NCBI GenBank assembly: GCA_963514005.1
Contig: CAUPSL010001504.1
Span: 1-64,000 of the forward strand
DNA length: 64,000 nt
Source of the DNA: Raja brachyura
Taxonomy: Eukaryota
Direction of reading: 5' to 3'
A model generated the notes under the pieces. It saw nothing but the letters and a program-made list of their open reading frames with translations. It was not told where the DNA came from and searched no databases. Positions within the stretch are counted from its first letter, which is position 1. Each line of letters opens with the position of its first letter. The position numbers and the translations under genes are program-made. This document shows positions 23,891 to 35,734 of this stretch, piece by piece.

Positions 23891-24930
23891 AGGGCACAAT
23901 GGTATATAGTTCTGTGCTTTTTCAACTTCAGTTTATTCCAAAACACCTCAGTGGCCAGGACAGTGAGAAGACCAAGCCGGCTGTTCTTCAAAATTAGTGT
24001 CACAGGTTCAGCCCACTCATTGTTGAGGGCCCGCTGTGTGTGGCATCTTGGACTAGCTGTCTTGCTGCTAATTTGAAGAGTGGGGTCGAGTATTTGTACT
24101 TATACAATTGTTTGTCGACACTGGAAGAGAGGTCCATCAGAAAGTCCGTTGTGTGGATGGAGCTGGGTACAAGCATGTCGGCATTGGAGTGATCATGGAG
24201 TTACAGATGTTGATGGCGTGTCGGCATTGGAGTGATCATGGAGTTACAGATGTTGATGGCGTGTTGGCATTGGAGTGATCGTGGAGCCACAGATTTATAC
24301 AGTACGGTAACAGGCCCTTCGGCTCAGCTTGTCTTCGCCAACCAAGGTGCCCGATCTACACTAGTCGCGTCTCCCCATGTTTGGCCCAAATCACTAATCA
24401 TCTCATGTTCATAAGTGAGAGATGCAGAATTAGGCCATTCGGCCCATCAAGTCTACTCCGCCATTGAATCATGGCTGATTTATCTCTCCTTCCTAACCCC
24501 ATTCTCCCCTTGACACCAATACTAATCAAGACTCTATCTCTGCTATAAAAATACCCATTGAGTGGGCCTCCACAGCCTTCTGTGGCAATGAATTCCTCAG
24601 ATTCACTACCCTGTGACTAAAGAAATTCCTCCTCATCTTCCTCGAGGAACATCCTTTAATTCTGAGGCTCTGGTCCTGGACTCTCCCACTCGTGGAATAA
24701 TCCTCTCTACACCCACTTTATCCAGGCCGCCCACTACTGGTCCTGTCCATGTACCTGTCCAAATAACTGTTAAACAATGTTATAGTCTCTGCCTCAACTA
24801 CCTCCACCCACAGCACATTCCATGTACCCAGTGCCCTCTGTGTGAAAGAGTTGCCCATGAAATCTGTCCCCCCTCACCTTAACCCCATGTCGTCTGGTTC
24901 TTCATTGCCCTACTCTGGGTGAAGGAGCCT

Positions 24931-25038
24931 GGTTGTACATCTGTGTGTCCAACCGTCAACTGCACTCTGGCAGGAGATGTGGTTATCTCCTCTTGTGATA
25001 TTGTGCCGACAGTAACAAGACCATGTTGTGGTAGTTGA
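24931..25038 (+). other. Candidate Cys-rich Ig secretory tailpiece remnant
   Basis: Reads GCTSVCPTVNCTLAGDVVISSCDIVPTVTRPCCGS* (6 Cys, NCT sequon). Non-repetitive-looking sequence between the last C exon and the TM exon; 5' end abuts a CR1 remnant. Confidence 0.4.
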
Positions 25039-25219
25039 CCAGTTGCTACTCTTGAGGAAAGGGAATGTCTCTCCAGGAAGTCACTGCTATCCAGTGTCCC
25101 GTGCAGTCTTGTGTTCCAGGGATCACATTGGTGGACATTACTTAGCCAGGGGGAGAACCTCAACTGAGAATCAAAATGGATTCCAGACCAAATCCATATC
25201 AAACATCACTTTTTGGTTA

Positions 25220-25710
25220 AACATAACCAGTTGCATCGTGGCCTGGTTCGGCAACTTGAACATCCAGGAGCGGAAAAGACTGCAAAAAGTTGTGACCACG
25301 GCCCAGTCCATCACCGGCTCTGACCTCCCCACCATCGAGGGGATCTATCGCAGTCGCTGCCTCAAAAAGGCTGGCAGCATCATCAAGGACCCACATCATC
25401 CTGGCCACACACTCATCTCACCATTGCCATCGGGTAGAAGGTACAGGAGCCTGAAATCTGCAACGTCCAGGTTCAGGAACAGCATCTTCCACACAGCCAT
25501 CAGGCCATTAAACACGAACAAACTCTGAACAATAACAGCCTGTTGCACTTTATCCGTCTCTTTATTGTGTGTCTATATGTGGTCTATAGTATACAGACAC
25601 ACTGAACTTTTATCTGCTGTTCTGTATTATGTTTACATATTGTGTTGTGCTGCAGCAAGCAAGAATCTCATTGTCCTATCTGGGACACGTGGCCACAATA
25701 AAACCTTCTT
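25220..25710 (+). mobile_element. Rex1/Babar-type LINE 3' fragment
   Basis: CIVAWFGNLNIQERKRLQKVV...DPHHPGH...PSGRRYRS. Confidence 0.85.
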
Positions 25711-26425
25711 GCCTCTTGAAACAATTACCAAAGTTTCAGAGAACTTGCAGTTTCTATGAAAAGATGTGTGTCAGGTCTGATCCTGCATGAAACCTGCAGA
25801 GGCCCCAGGAGAGGCTACATGTGTGTTTGTGTCAATGTAACCTCTCCATGTTCAATAAAGAATATACATGTAGTGTTGGTGTTCCCTGTTGGTGCGTTTT
25901 GGGAGGTGTTGCCAAGTTGGTGGGGAACAGCTGACCTGGATCTAAAATTCCACATTGTCTATCATTCTACATATTTCTACAGATGATGTAATTATACAAG
26001 TATTAGTCTCCTCCGTCCAAAGAATACAACATTCTGAAGGAGGGTCTTGACTTGAAACATCACCCATTCCTTCTATCCAGAGATGCTGCCTGTTCTAGTT
26101 ACTTCAGCATTTTGTGTCTATCTTTGGTGGTAACCAGCATCTGCAGCTCCTTCCCACACATTCACAGTCAATTTTATTCGTCAAATGCTCCTGAAGGTGC
26201 AGTGAAATGAATTTGCCAGCAGCGATACACTGAAAAACAACACACAATACACAATAAGATTTAACACCAACATCCACCACAGAATTCTTCACTGCGGTGG
26301 AAGGCACAAAGTAACTGGAAGTGGCGGCACTCCTTGGCAGCTGCGGCTCACTTGCAGTCCGTCTGGTTTTTATTTTATTTTTGTCTTCGTGTCTGTTTTT
26401 GGTGATTATTTGGGTTTATTAGGCT

Positions 26426-26458
<33 letters not shown>

Positions 26459-26559
26459 ACGGGGTTTTAGTCTCTCCCTGCGGGGGGATGCGACTTTTCT
26501 TGCCGTGTCCCCCGTCACCGTCTCCGTCTGTGTTGAGGCCCTAATGGCAGAGCTGGCGG

Positions 26560-26790
26560 CCTCCAGCTTCCAGCAGCGGCGGCACGGCTTCAGAGCTTCA
26601 GCGGCGACCTGGCTTTCGGGGATGCGGTGTTCCAGCGGCGGACTGGCTTTTGGGGCTGCGGTGCTCCAGCGGCGACCTGGCTTTCGGGGATGCGGTGCTC
26701 CAGCGACGTTCCAGCGTCGACCTGGCTTTGGAGCTGCGGTGCTCCAGCGACGTTCCGGCGGCGGGCCCTGTGGCGGTGTTCCGGCGTTCC
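26560..26790 (+). repeat. Short GC-rich tandem repeat (~34 bp) inside a repeat element
   Basis: Unit ggctttcggggatgcggtgctccagcggcgacct, several diverged copies. Confidence 0.7.
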
Positions 26791-27569
26791 GGCGACAGTG
26801 ACCCGGTTTTGGAGGCTTGGCCGCGGGCCTGGTGGACGGCAGCATCGGAGGCCTGGATCTCCTCAGCGCAGAGGGAGAATAAGGAGGGAAGAAGACAGAG
26901 ACTCTAAGACTTTTGCCTTCCACCAGTGAGGAGGGTTTGGTGAACTCACTGTGGTGGATGTCAAATTTGTGTTTATTGTGTGGTTTTGTTATTTTTAATA
27001 TATGTATGACTGCAGGCACGAAATTTTGTTCAGACCGAAAGGTCTGAATGACAATAAAGGCTATTCAATTGAAGTTCAGCCAGTCCTCCTTGTCCACCCG
27101 TGGTCATGGCCATGAACATCGCACACACTCTGGGTGATGTTTCGGGTCAAGACCCTTCTTCAGATGCCTTGAAGTGCCCGAATCCGCACTTTCCTACTGG
27201 AGTACGCGGCTTCAGGATGTTGTAGGCCACAGGCCTGAGGTTGGAGCTCGTCTCCGGCGAGGGATCCCAGGCTCCGCATGGTAACTTTGAACCTGGTTCC
27301 TGATCAACCTTTCTGGTCTTTAAAATATTCAAAGCTAATGAAGAGGGAAAGAAGTTTTGACCATCTTTGTGAATGCATTTGATAAAATCATTCAGAAAGA
27401 GGAAAGGGCCAGTGATGAGCTTTGCCTGTGGCAATGTGTTCAGGGCTGAAGCTGTTCACTATATTTATTGATAGTTGCGATGTCGGATAGAAAACACATG
27501 ACCACGTTTGCCACTCACACAAGGCAAGCACGCGTGTCAACAGAACATCTGGATGGTGGCATTGCTGAG

Positions 27570-28045
27570 ATAGAAACATTGAAACATAGAAAATAGGTGC
27601 AGGGGTAGGCCATTCGGCCCTTCGAGCCTGCACCGCCATTCAATGTGATCATGGCTGATCATCCAACTCAGTATCCCGTACCTGCCTTCTCTCCATACCC
27701 CCTGATCCCTGTAGCCACAAGGGCCACATCTAACTCCCTCTTGAATATAGCCAATGAACTGGCCTCAACTACCTTCTGTGGCAGAGAATTCCAGAGACCC
27801 ACCACTCTCTGTGTAAAGAATGTTTTCCTCATCTCAGTCCTAAAGGAATTCCCCCTTATCCTTAGACTGTGACCCCTTGTTCTGGACTCCCCCAAGATCG
27901 GGAACAATCTTCCAGCATCTAGTTTAAGAATGTTGTAAGTTTCTATAAGATCCCCCCTCAATCTTCTAAATTCCAGCGAGTACAAGCCAAGTCTATCCAG
28001 TCTTTCCTCATATGAAAGTCCTGCCATCCCAGGAATCAGTCTGGT
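27570..28045 (-). mobile_element. 5'-truncated CR1
   Basis: TRLIPGMAGLSYEERL... in ORF 27668-28210. Confidence 0.9.
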
Positions 28046-29240
28046 TGAGATGAGGATGCGTGAAGTGAATGAGCAAATCTGTGGCAAGAACCAGCTCTTT
28101 AAACCTGTGTGGACCACACCCAGAGGGGACACTGGCTGGCAGGGAGGGTGAACAGAACTGGACTCGCCAGGATCAAGTACAAAGTGAGAAGATGCTAAAT
28201 AAGTTGTCATTTAGAAGGCGAAAGGAAGATTTGTTCAATGTTTTCACAAAGTTAATGGGAGCTAACAGAATAGATTATCCTGGGACGATCTATTTACACA
28301 ACTCCACATGTTTAATCAATGTTCATGTTTTATGTGTCATCCCTAACTGTCACTGTATGTCATGTTGTCACTTGTGGGCGGAGCACCAAGGCAAATTCCT
28401 TGTATGTGAATACTTGGCCAATAAACTTATTCATTCAGGAGCAGTTTCTTCCCAGCTGTTAGCAGGTAACGGAACCATCCTACCACAACTGGAGAGCGGT
28501 CCTGAACTACTATCTACCTCATTGGTGACCCTCGGACTATCTTTGATCAGACTTTACTGGCGTTACCTTGCACTAAACGTTATTCCCTTATCGTGTATGT
28601 TTACACTGTGAATGACTCATTTGTAACCATGTTTTGTCTTTCCGCTGACTGGTTAGCACGCTACAAAAGATATTCACTGTACCTCAGTACACGGGACAAT
28701 AAACTAACTAACTAGATGAGGAGGAATTATTTTTTACTGGTGTACAGTGCCCCCTGGATTACAAATGATGTCCCTGATTTATGGAAATCCAACTTTATAC
28801 AAAGTACGGGGTCTAAAAGTTAGAGACAGCCATGCTGCACAGAAGAGGGTTACGGCGTCTGAAGGGTCTCGACCCGAAACGTCACCCATTCCTTCTCTCC
28901 AGAGATGCTGCCTGTCCCGCTGAGTTACTCCAGCTTTTTGTGTCTATTAGAGGCTTGTGGAAGTTTGGAATTGCCTCCACAGTTGGCATTTGGTTCCAGG
29001 TCTGAAGGTGATTTTAAATCTGAGATTGCAGAGTTTGACTACACGAGATGTTAATGGATGTGGGGGAAAGTGCACTCAGTGGAGCTGATGATAAATCTCC
29101 ACAATATCACTGAACGGTGGAACTGACCCGAGCCTCCTATCTTCCTGTCCTCCTGTTGTCTTCATCTTATTCACACGTTGTTGATCTTCACAAAACATCC
29201 GCGGGAAACTAACTGTCTCACCTTCTCATTCGTCCTGAAG

Positions 29241-29380
29241 CCGGCACAGACTGGACAGGAGAGGAAGGGAAGGAGGAACCGGGGGACTTGGATGGAGATG
29301 ACAATGTGTTCGCAGTTGCTGCCTTCGCCATCCTGTTCATTGTCAGTTTCCTCTACAGTACCTACGTCACCGTTGTCAAG
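29241..29380 (+). CDS. IgW: Ig heavy-chain transmembrane exon (TM1; IgW/IgNAR type), open frame
   Basis: Acceptor ccttctcattcgtcctgaag, phase 1. Translates (A)GTDWTGEEGKEEPGDLDGDDNVFAVAAFAILFIVSFLYSTYVTVVK: an acidic spacer plus the conserved IgH CART motif (LF.SF.YST.VT.VK). Donor gtaacg at 29381. Confidence 0.88.
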
Positions 29381-29694
29381 GTAACGTTGACCAGCGACAG
29401 CGATACTTTGTGACCCCCCCCCCCCACACTGTGACCGTCCATTCCTCACTACACTGTGTTCTCTGACTGTCCTTCCTCACCACACCACGGCCCACAGATG
29501 ATGCAGTCTGGGGCCCTTCACATCCCCCTGGTCTTCGAACCTTTCCTCTTTACTCCTGTCCTCTGGGCCTCGATACAGCAAACATTCACAGAATGTTGGG
29601 TATTTGGGGCAATGACCCTGGGCTCAAACAAGGAAATCAAACAGACGTTGTATTCAAGTCCAATGTTGGGCGGCACGGTGGTGCAGCGGTAGAG

Positions 29695-30270
29695 ATGCTG
29701 CCAGCCTTTTTGTGGCAGCGACTGCGATAAATCCCCTCGATGGTGGGGAGGTCAGAGCCGATGATGGACTGGGCAGTGGTCACTACTTTCTGCAGTCTTT
29801 TCCGCTCCTGGACGTTCAAGTTGCCGAACCAGGCCACGATGCAACCGGTCAGCAAGCTCTCTACTGTGCACCTGTAGAAGTTCGAGAGAGTCCTCCTTGA
29901 CAGACCGACTTTCAGGAAGTAGAGGCGCTGATGAGCCTTCTTTATAATTACATCAGTGTGCTGGGACCAGGAAAGATCTTCGGAAATATGCATGCCCAGG
30001 AATTTGAAGCTCTTGACCCTTTCCACCATCGTCCATTGATATAAACGGGATTGTGGGTCCCCATCCTACCCCTTCCAAAGTCCACAATCAGTTCCTTGGT
30101 TTTGCTGGTGTTCAGGGCCAGGTTGATGCGCTGGCACCATTTGGTCAGTCGGTCGATCTCACTTCTATACTCTGACTCGTCACCATCAGTGATTTGTCCC
30201 ACAACAGCGGTGTCGTCAGCGAACTTGATGATGGAGTCCGCACTTTGTCTGTCTACGCAGTCATGAGTAT
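29695..30270 (-). mobile_element. Rex1/Babar RT fragment
   Basis: YTHDC...IIKFADDTAVVG...KTKELIVDF; SFKFLG..ISEDLSWS. Confidence 0.88.
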
Positions 30271-30902
30271 ACACAGCGCATTTGGAAAGCAGTGACAGGA
30301 TTGGTCAAAGTCAGCATGGATTTACGAAGAAGAAATCACGCTTGACTAATCTTCTGGAATGTTTTGAGGATGTAACAAGTAGAATGGATAAGGGGAGAGC
30401 CAGTGGATGTGGTGTATCTGGACTTTCAGAAAGCCTTTGACAAGGTCCCACACAAGAGATTAGTGTGCAGAATTAGAGCACATGGTATTGGGGGTAGGGT
30501 ATTGACATGGATAGAGAACTGGTTGCAGACAGGAAGCAAAGAGTAGGAATTAACGGGTCCCTTTCAGAATGGCAGGCAGTGACTAGTGGGGTACCGCAAG
30601 GCTCGGTGCTGGGACTCCAATTGTTTACAAGATATATTAATGATTTAGATGAGAGAATTAAATGTGACATCAAGTTTGTGGATGACACAAAGCTGGGTGG
30701 CAGTGTGAGCTGTGGGGAGGATGCTATGAGAATGCAGGGTGACTTGGGCAGGTTGGGGGAGTGGGCAGATACATGGCAGATGCAGTTTAATGTGGATAAA
30801 TGTGAGGTTGTCCACTTTGGTGGCAAAAACAGGAAGGCAGATTATTATTTGAATTGTGTCAGATTATGAAAAGAGGAAGTACAATGAGACCTGGGTGTGC
30901 TT

Positions 30903-32412
30903 CAGACACGTGCCGTCAGGGTAGGCAAGATAGGCACTGCCTACCCTGACTAAAATTATAACATAGTAATAACTAAATATAAATAGTAACGGCATGGGAG
31001 AATGATGCCTGTGTAAGAGACCGATCACTTAGGTAGGCATCATTCTCCGTGCCTTTCACCCGCAGCGCTTGTAACACGGGAAGCTCTGTGCAGCCCACGT
31101 GCCGTCAGCGCTGCCTGAAGCCGTCAGTTGCAAGCGGGGCTGAAGGCAGCAGAAATCCTGCCTTTGCTGTACTGCGCATGCGCATTAGTCTACTGCGCAT
31201 CAGTCTACAGCGCATCAGTCTACTGCGCATGTGCATCAGTCTACTGCGCATCAGTCTACTGCGCATGTGCATCAGTCTACTGCGCATCAGTCTACTGCGC
31301 ATCAGTCTACTGCGCATGCGCACGCTAGTTTCTTGGCGGGGTTTTCAAATATGGTTTGTCGTGTACCAATAATGTGGTAAGTACATTTTTTGTTTATGTT
31401 TTTAAATACTGTATTTCCCGGGGTGTGGGGGTGGGGGGGAGAGCTCCCTTCACAGCGTTTGGGGAGTCTGGCCCGGGGTAAAGTTGCGGGGAGGGCACGA
31501 ATGTTATGAATGAGGGGATTGGGATAATGCCACTTGTGACGCTCCTTGCACGGAGGCGTGGAATGCCACCGCATTGAGGCCGGGGGGGGGGAGAGAGAAG
31601 TGGGTGGCTGAGCGGCTGCCGGGCCGGACAGCGGAACCAGCCACCACCTTAGCTCCTTCTGCCGGTCCCCGCTCACCTCTGGCAGCTCTCCGTCTAAAAA
31701 CCTCTCTCCTGCCGCTCGCTGGCCTCACTCATGTCCTTAAATTCCGACAGCGCGATTGAGGTTACTCGGCTGTGGGAATTTAAGGATTTGCAGGAAGCCG
31801 CTGACATGAGCGAAGTCGGCGAACGGCAGGTGACAGGAGAGCACTGCCAAAGGTGAGCGGGCCGGCAGAAGGCACTGAAGTGGCGGCCAGTTCTGCTGTC
31901 GGGTCCCGGTGGCCGCTCGTAGCTCCCCGAGCTGCTTCTATCCCCAGCTACAGTGCGTGGCTTCGCGCCCGGAGAACTGTGGCAGCGGTGAGTGAGTGAG
32001 TTACTGGCAGTATCGCTGACACCCTCCTTCTCAACACTCGTGCCCTCCCCACAACTTTACCCCTGGCACAGACTCTCCACACGCTGTGAAAGGAACTGTT
32101 CCCCCAATTGGTCTAGGACTAGGAAGCCTAGGAAGGGCAAATTGAAATGTCACTGTTTTTTATTTATTTATTTATTTAACGGAGAGAACAATCTGCGCAT
32201 GCGCGGTTTAATTGGAGTTGGATGATCAGTTGGGGATGAGTTGGACAACTGAGTTGGATGATCAGCCATGATCATATTGAATGGCGGTGCAGGCTCGAAG
32301 GGCCGAATGGCCTACTCCTGCACCTAATTTCTATGTTTCTAAGTTTCTATGTTAATTTTTTTTAAAGCGGACTGAGTGCCTACCCTGAGTAATTACTCAC
32401 GGCACGTGCCTG
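30903..32412. mobile_element. Non-autonomous hAT-type DNA transposon (1.5 kb)
   Basis: TIRs cagacacgtgccgt / acggcacgtgcctg; perfect 8-bp TSD gtgtgctt (30895-30902, 32413-32420). Confidence 0.9.
31168..31322 (+). repeat. 15/21-bp tandem repeat (ctactgcgcat[gtgcat]cagt)
   Basis: Visible directly; includes tgcgcatgcgca (NRF1-type palindrome) at both ends. Confidence 0.85.
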
Positions 32413-33411
32413 GTGTGCTTGTCCATCAGTCACTGAAAGTATGCATGTAGGTACAGCAGGCAGTGAAGAAAGCCAATAGCATGTTACAAGGTACAAGATA
32501 CATTTATTCGTCACATGTGCCAGTTGGCATAGTGAAATGTGATCACCATACAGCCGTACACTAAAATAAAGAACACAACACACGATAGACTCCAACATAA
32601 AACATCCCCACACAGCAGAATCAAAGGTTCCTGCTGTGAGGGAAGGCACCACAGTCAGTCTCTTCCTCGATGTTCACCTGTGGTTGGGGCCTCTGGAGCC
32701 CTCCGCAGTCGCCGCTACGGGCAGCCCGTCGCTCAGGCCCGCTCGCCGGGATGGAACTCCGACGTCGGGACTGGAGGACAACCTCAGCGGCTTGGACCTC
32801 CGAATCGGCCGCTTCCTACCGGAGTCCGCGGCTCCCGACCTCCCCAAGCCGCGCCGGGCGGAGATTCCTGCTTTCATCACGAGAGGATTTGAGTTTAGGA
32901 GCAAAGAGGTCCTTCTGCAGTTGTACAGGGCCCTAGTGAGACCGCACCTGGAGTATTGCGTGCAGTTCTGGTCTCCTAATTTGAGGAAGGACATTCTTGC
33001 TATTGAGGGAGTGCAGCGTAGGTTCACCAGGTTAATTCCCGGGATGGCAGGACTGACATATATTGAAAGAATTGGTCGACTGGGCTTGTATTTGATGGAA
33101 TTTAGGATGAGAGGGGATCTTAGAGAAACATGTAAAATTCTTAAAGGATTGGACAGGCTAGATGCAGGAAAAATGTTCCCGATGTTAAGGGAGTCCAGAA
33201 CCAGGGGTCACAGTTGAAGAATAAGGGGACGACCATTTAGGACTGAGATGAGGAAAAAGTTTTCACCCAGAGAGTTGTGAGTGTGTGGAATTCTCTGCCA
33301 CAGAAGGCAGTGGAGGCCAATTCACTGGATGTTTTCAAGAGAAAGTTAGATTTAGCTATTGGGGCTAACGGAATCAATGGATATGGGGAAACAGCAGGAA
33401 CGGGGTACTGA

Positions 33412-33700
33412 CGGGGAGTGCTTCGACAGGTTGATCACAGCGCAAATCAACTCCTACCTTGACAAAAACCTGGACCCACTGCAGTTCGCTTACCGCCACA
33501 ACAGATCAACGGTGGACGCGATCTCGCTGGCCCTCCACTCCGCTCTGGACCACTTGGACAACAAAAACTCATATGTCAGGCTGTTATTCATTGACTACAG
33601 CTCGGCATTTAACACAATCATCCCCTCCAAGCTGGTTACCAAACTCGCAGAACTGGGACTCTGCGCATCCCTCTGCAATTGGATCCTCGACTTCCTCATT
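33412..33700 (+). mobile_element. Rex1/Babar RT fragment
   Basis: [18 protein letters not shown]...[17 protein letters not shown]. Confidence 0.88.
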
Positions 33701-33744
33701 TACAGGGCTGAATGGCCTACTGCTGCTGCACCTATTTGCTATGT

Positions 33745-34402
33745 CCCGCTGAGTTACTCCAGCACTCTGTGAAACGTCACCTCTCCATGTTCTCCACAGA
33801 TGCTGCCTGACCCACTGAGTTACTCCAGCACTCTGTGAAACGTCACCTATCCATGTTCTCCACAGATGCTGCCTGACCCGCTGAGTTACTCAAGCACTCT
33901 GTGAAACGTCACCTATCCATGTTCTCCACAGATGCTGCCTGACCCGCTGAGTTACTCCAGCACTCTGTGAAACGTCACCTATCCATGTTCTCCACAGATG
34001 CTGCCTGACCCGCTGAGTTACTCCAGCACTCTGTGAAACGTCACCTATCCATGTTCTCCACAGATGCTGCCTGACCCGCTGAGTTACTCCAGCACTCTGT
34101 GAAACGTCACCTATCCATGTTCTCCACAGATGCTGCCTGACCCGCTGAGTTACTCCAGCACTCTGTGAAACGTCACCTATCCATGTTCTCCACAGATGCT
34201 GCCTGACCCACTGAGTTACTCCAGCACTCTGTGAAACGTCACCTATCCATGTTCTCCACAGATGCTGCCTGACCCGCTGAGTTACTCCAGCACTCTGTGA
34301 AACGTCACCTATCCATGTTCTCCACAGATGCTGCCTGACCCGCTGAGTTACTCCAGCACTCTGTGAAACGTCACCTATCCATGTTCTCCACAGATGCTGC
34401 CT
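33745..34402 (+). repeat. 66-bp satellite (~10 copies) derived from the Penelope end sequence
   Basis: Unit gagttactccagcactctgtgaaacgtcacctatccatgttctccacagatgctgcctgacccgct. Confidence 0.9.
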
Positions 34403-35734
34403 ATCCTGTGCCTAGCCAGCATCTGCAGTTCCGTCCCAAACACCCCTAGCTGACAATGATCTACTCAACCCTGGCCACTCCTGCCTTCGCGAAGAAGGTA
34501 CAGGAACCTGAAAACTGCAATGTCCAGGTTCAGGAACAGCTGCTTCCCCACAGCCATTAGGCTTTTAAACACGACAACCTCAAATAAGCTCTGAACTACA
34601 TAAACTATTATTGTTATTATTGCACTATGGTGTTTGATTTTTACGTGTCCATATGCGTGTGTGTGTGCGTGTACATATACACGCACTGAACCTTTTTTTC
34701 TAATTTATTGTATTTTTCACAGTGTTACATATTGTGTTGTGCTGCAGCAAGTAAGAACGACATTGTTCTCTCTGGGACACATGACAATAAAACTCTCTTG
34801 ACCCAAGTACATTTTCCTACGGTGGCCACAAAATGCTGGAGTAACTCAGCGGGAGTGGCAGCATCCAAGGAACGAAGGAATGCGAGACGTTTCGGATCAA
34901 GACCCCTCCCAGACTGATGTCAGGAGAGATAAGGCAGGGAAGGAATGGGTGTCTGAAGAAGGGTCTCCACCCAAAATGTCAGCCCTTCCTTCTCTCCAGA
35001 GATGCTGCCTGTCCCGCTGAGTTACTCCAATGTTTTAGAAACATAGACAATATGTGCAGCAGTAGAGGCCATTCGGCCCTTCGAGCCAGCACCCCCATTC
35101 AATGTGGTCATGGCTGATCATCCGCAATCAGTACCCCGTTCCTGCCTTCTTCCCATATCCCTTGATTCCCTTAGCCATAGGAGTTAAGTCTAACTAGTTT
35201 TGTGTCAAGAGAATCAAGATAATCATAGGTAGTTTCATAGATAGACAAAAATGCTGGAGGAACTCAGCGGGTGAGGCAGCATCTACGGAGAGAAGGAATA
35301 GATGACATTTTGGGTCGAGGCACTTCTCCAGATGCGTGCCCTGGTGTACCATCAATCAGCACCAGGGTCCTGCCTCCGCCGTCATCCCGCCCTGGGGGGG
35401 GGGGGGGGGTACTAGAGATGAGCAAGGATGAGGTGTGAAAATGAGAGATCAAAGGGGATGTGGAAAAAAAAGGGGAAAACCTTTAATTTTTCCAGCATCT
35501 GCAATTCTTTCTTAAACAAGAGTCTGAAGAAGGGTTTCGGCCCAAAATGTTGCCTATTTCCTTCGCTCCATAGATGCTGCCTCACCCTCTGAGTTTCTCC
35601 AGCATTTTTGTCGACCGTCGATTTTCCAGCATCTGCAGCTCCTTCTTAAATATTTCATTGTCAAGTGTCTCAGATGGAACAATGACATACTTCCTTGCTG
35701 CAGCACAATAGAATCTCTAAACATAGTGCACTGT

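Larger units (their letters stand above)
30273..33410 (+). mobile_element. Degenerate CR1 RT interrupted by a hAT element and other repeats
   Basis: ORF 30507-30869 and the second half of 32636-33217. Confidence 0.85.

Noticed and set aside
18041-29380. MHC, TCR or light-chain identity for the C1-set exons
   Set aside because: The downstream TM exon has the IgH YST..T..K motif with no charged TCR residues, and the domains resemble IgW and IgNAR C3. IgNAR cannot be fully excluded without a search.
29668-29695. tRNA gene (ggcggcacggtggtgcagcggtagag)
   Set aside because: Only an A-box-containing SINE head, truncated by a LINE; no cloverleaf.
33436-33470. RSS-like cacagcg ... acaaaaacc
   Set aside because: The spacer is 19 nt (not 12 or 22/23), and it lies inside a Rex1 RT coding fragment.
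33745-34402. CRISPR-like regular array
   Set aside because: Units are near-identical with no unique spacers, the context is eukaryotic, and no cas genes are present.
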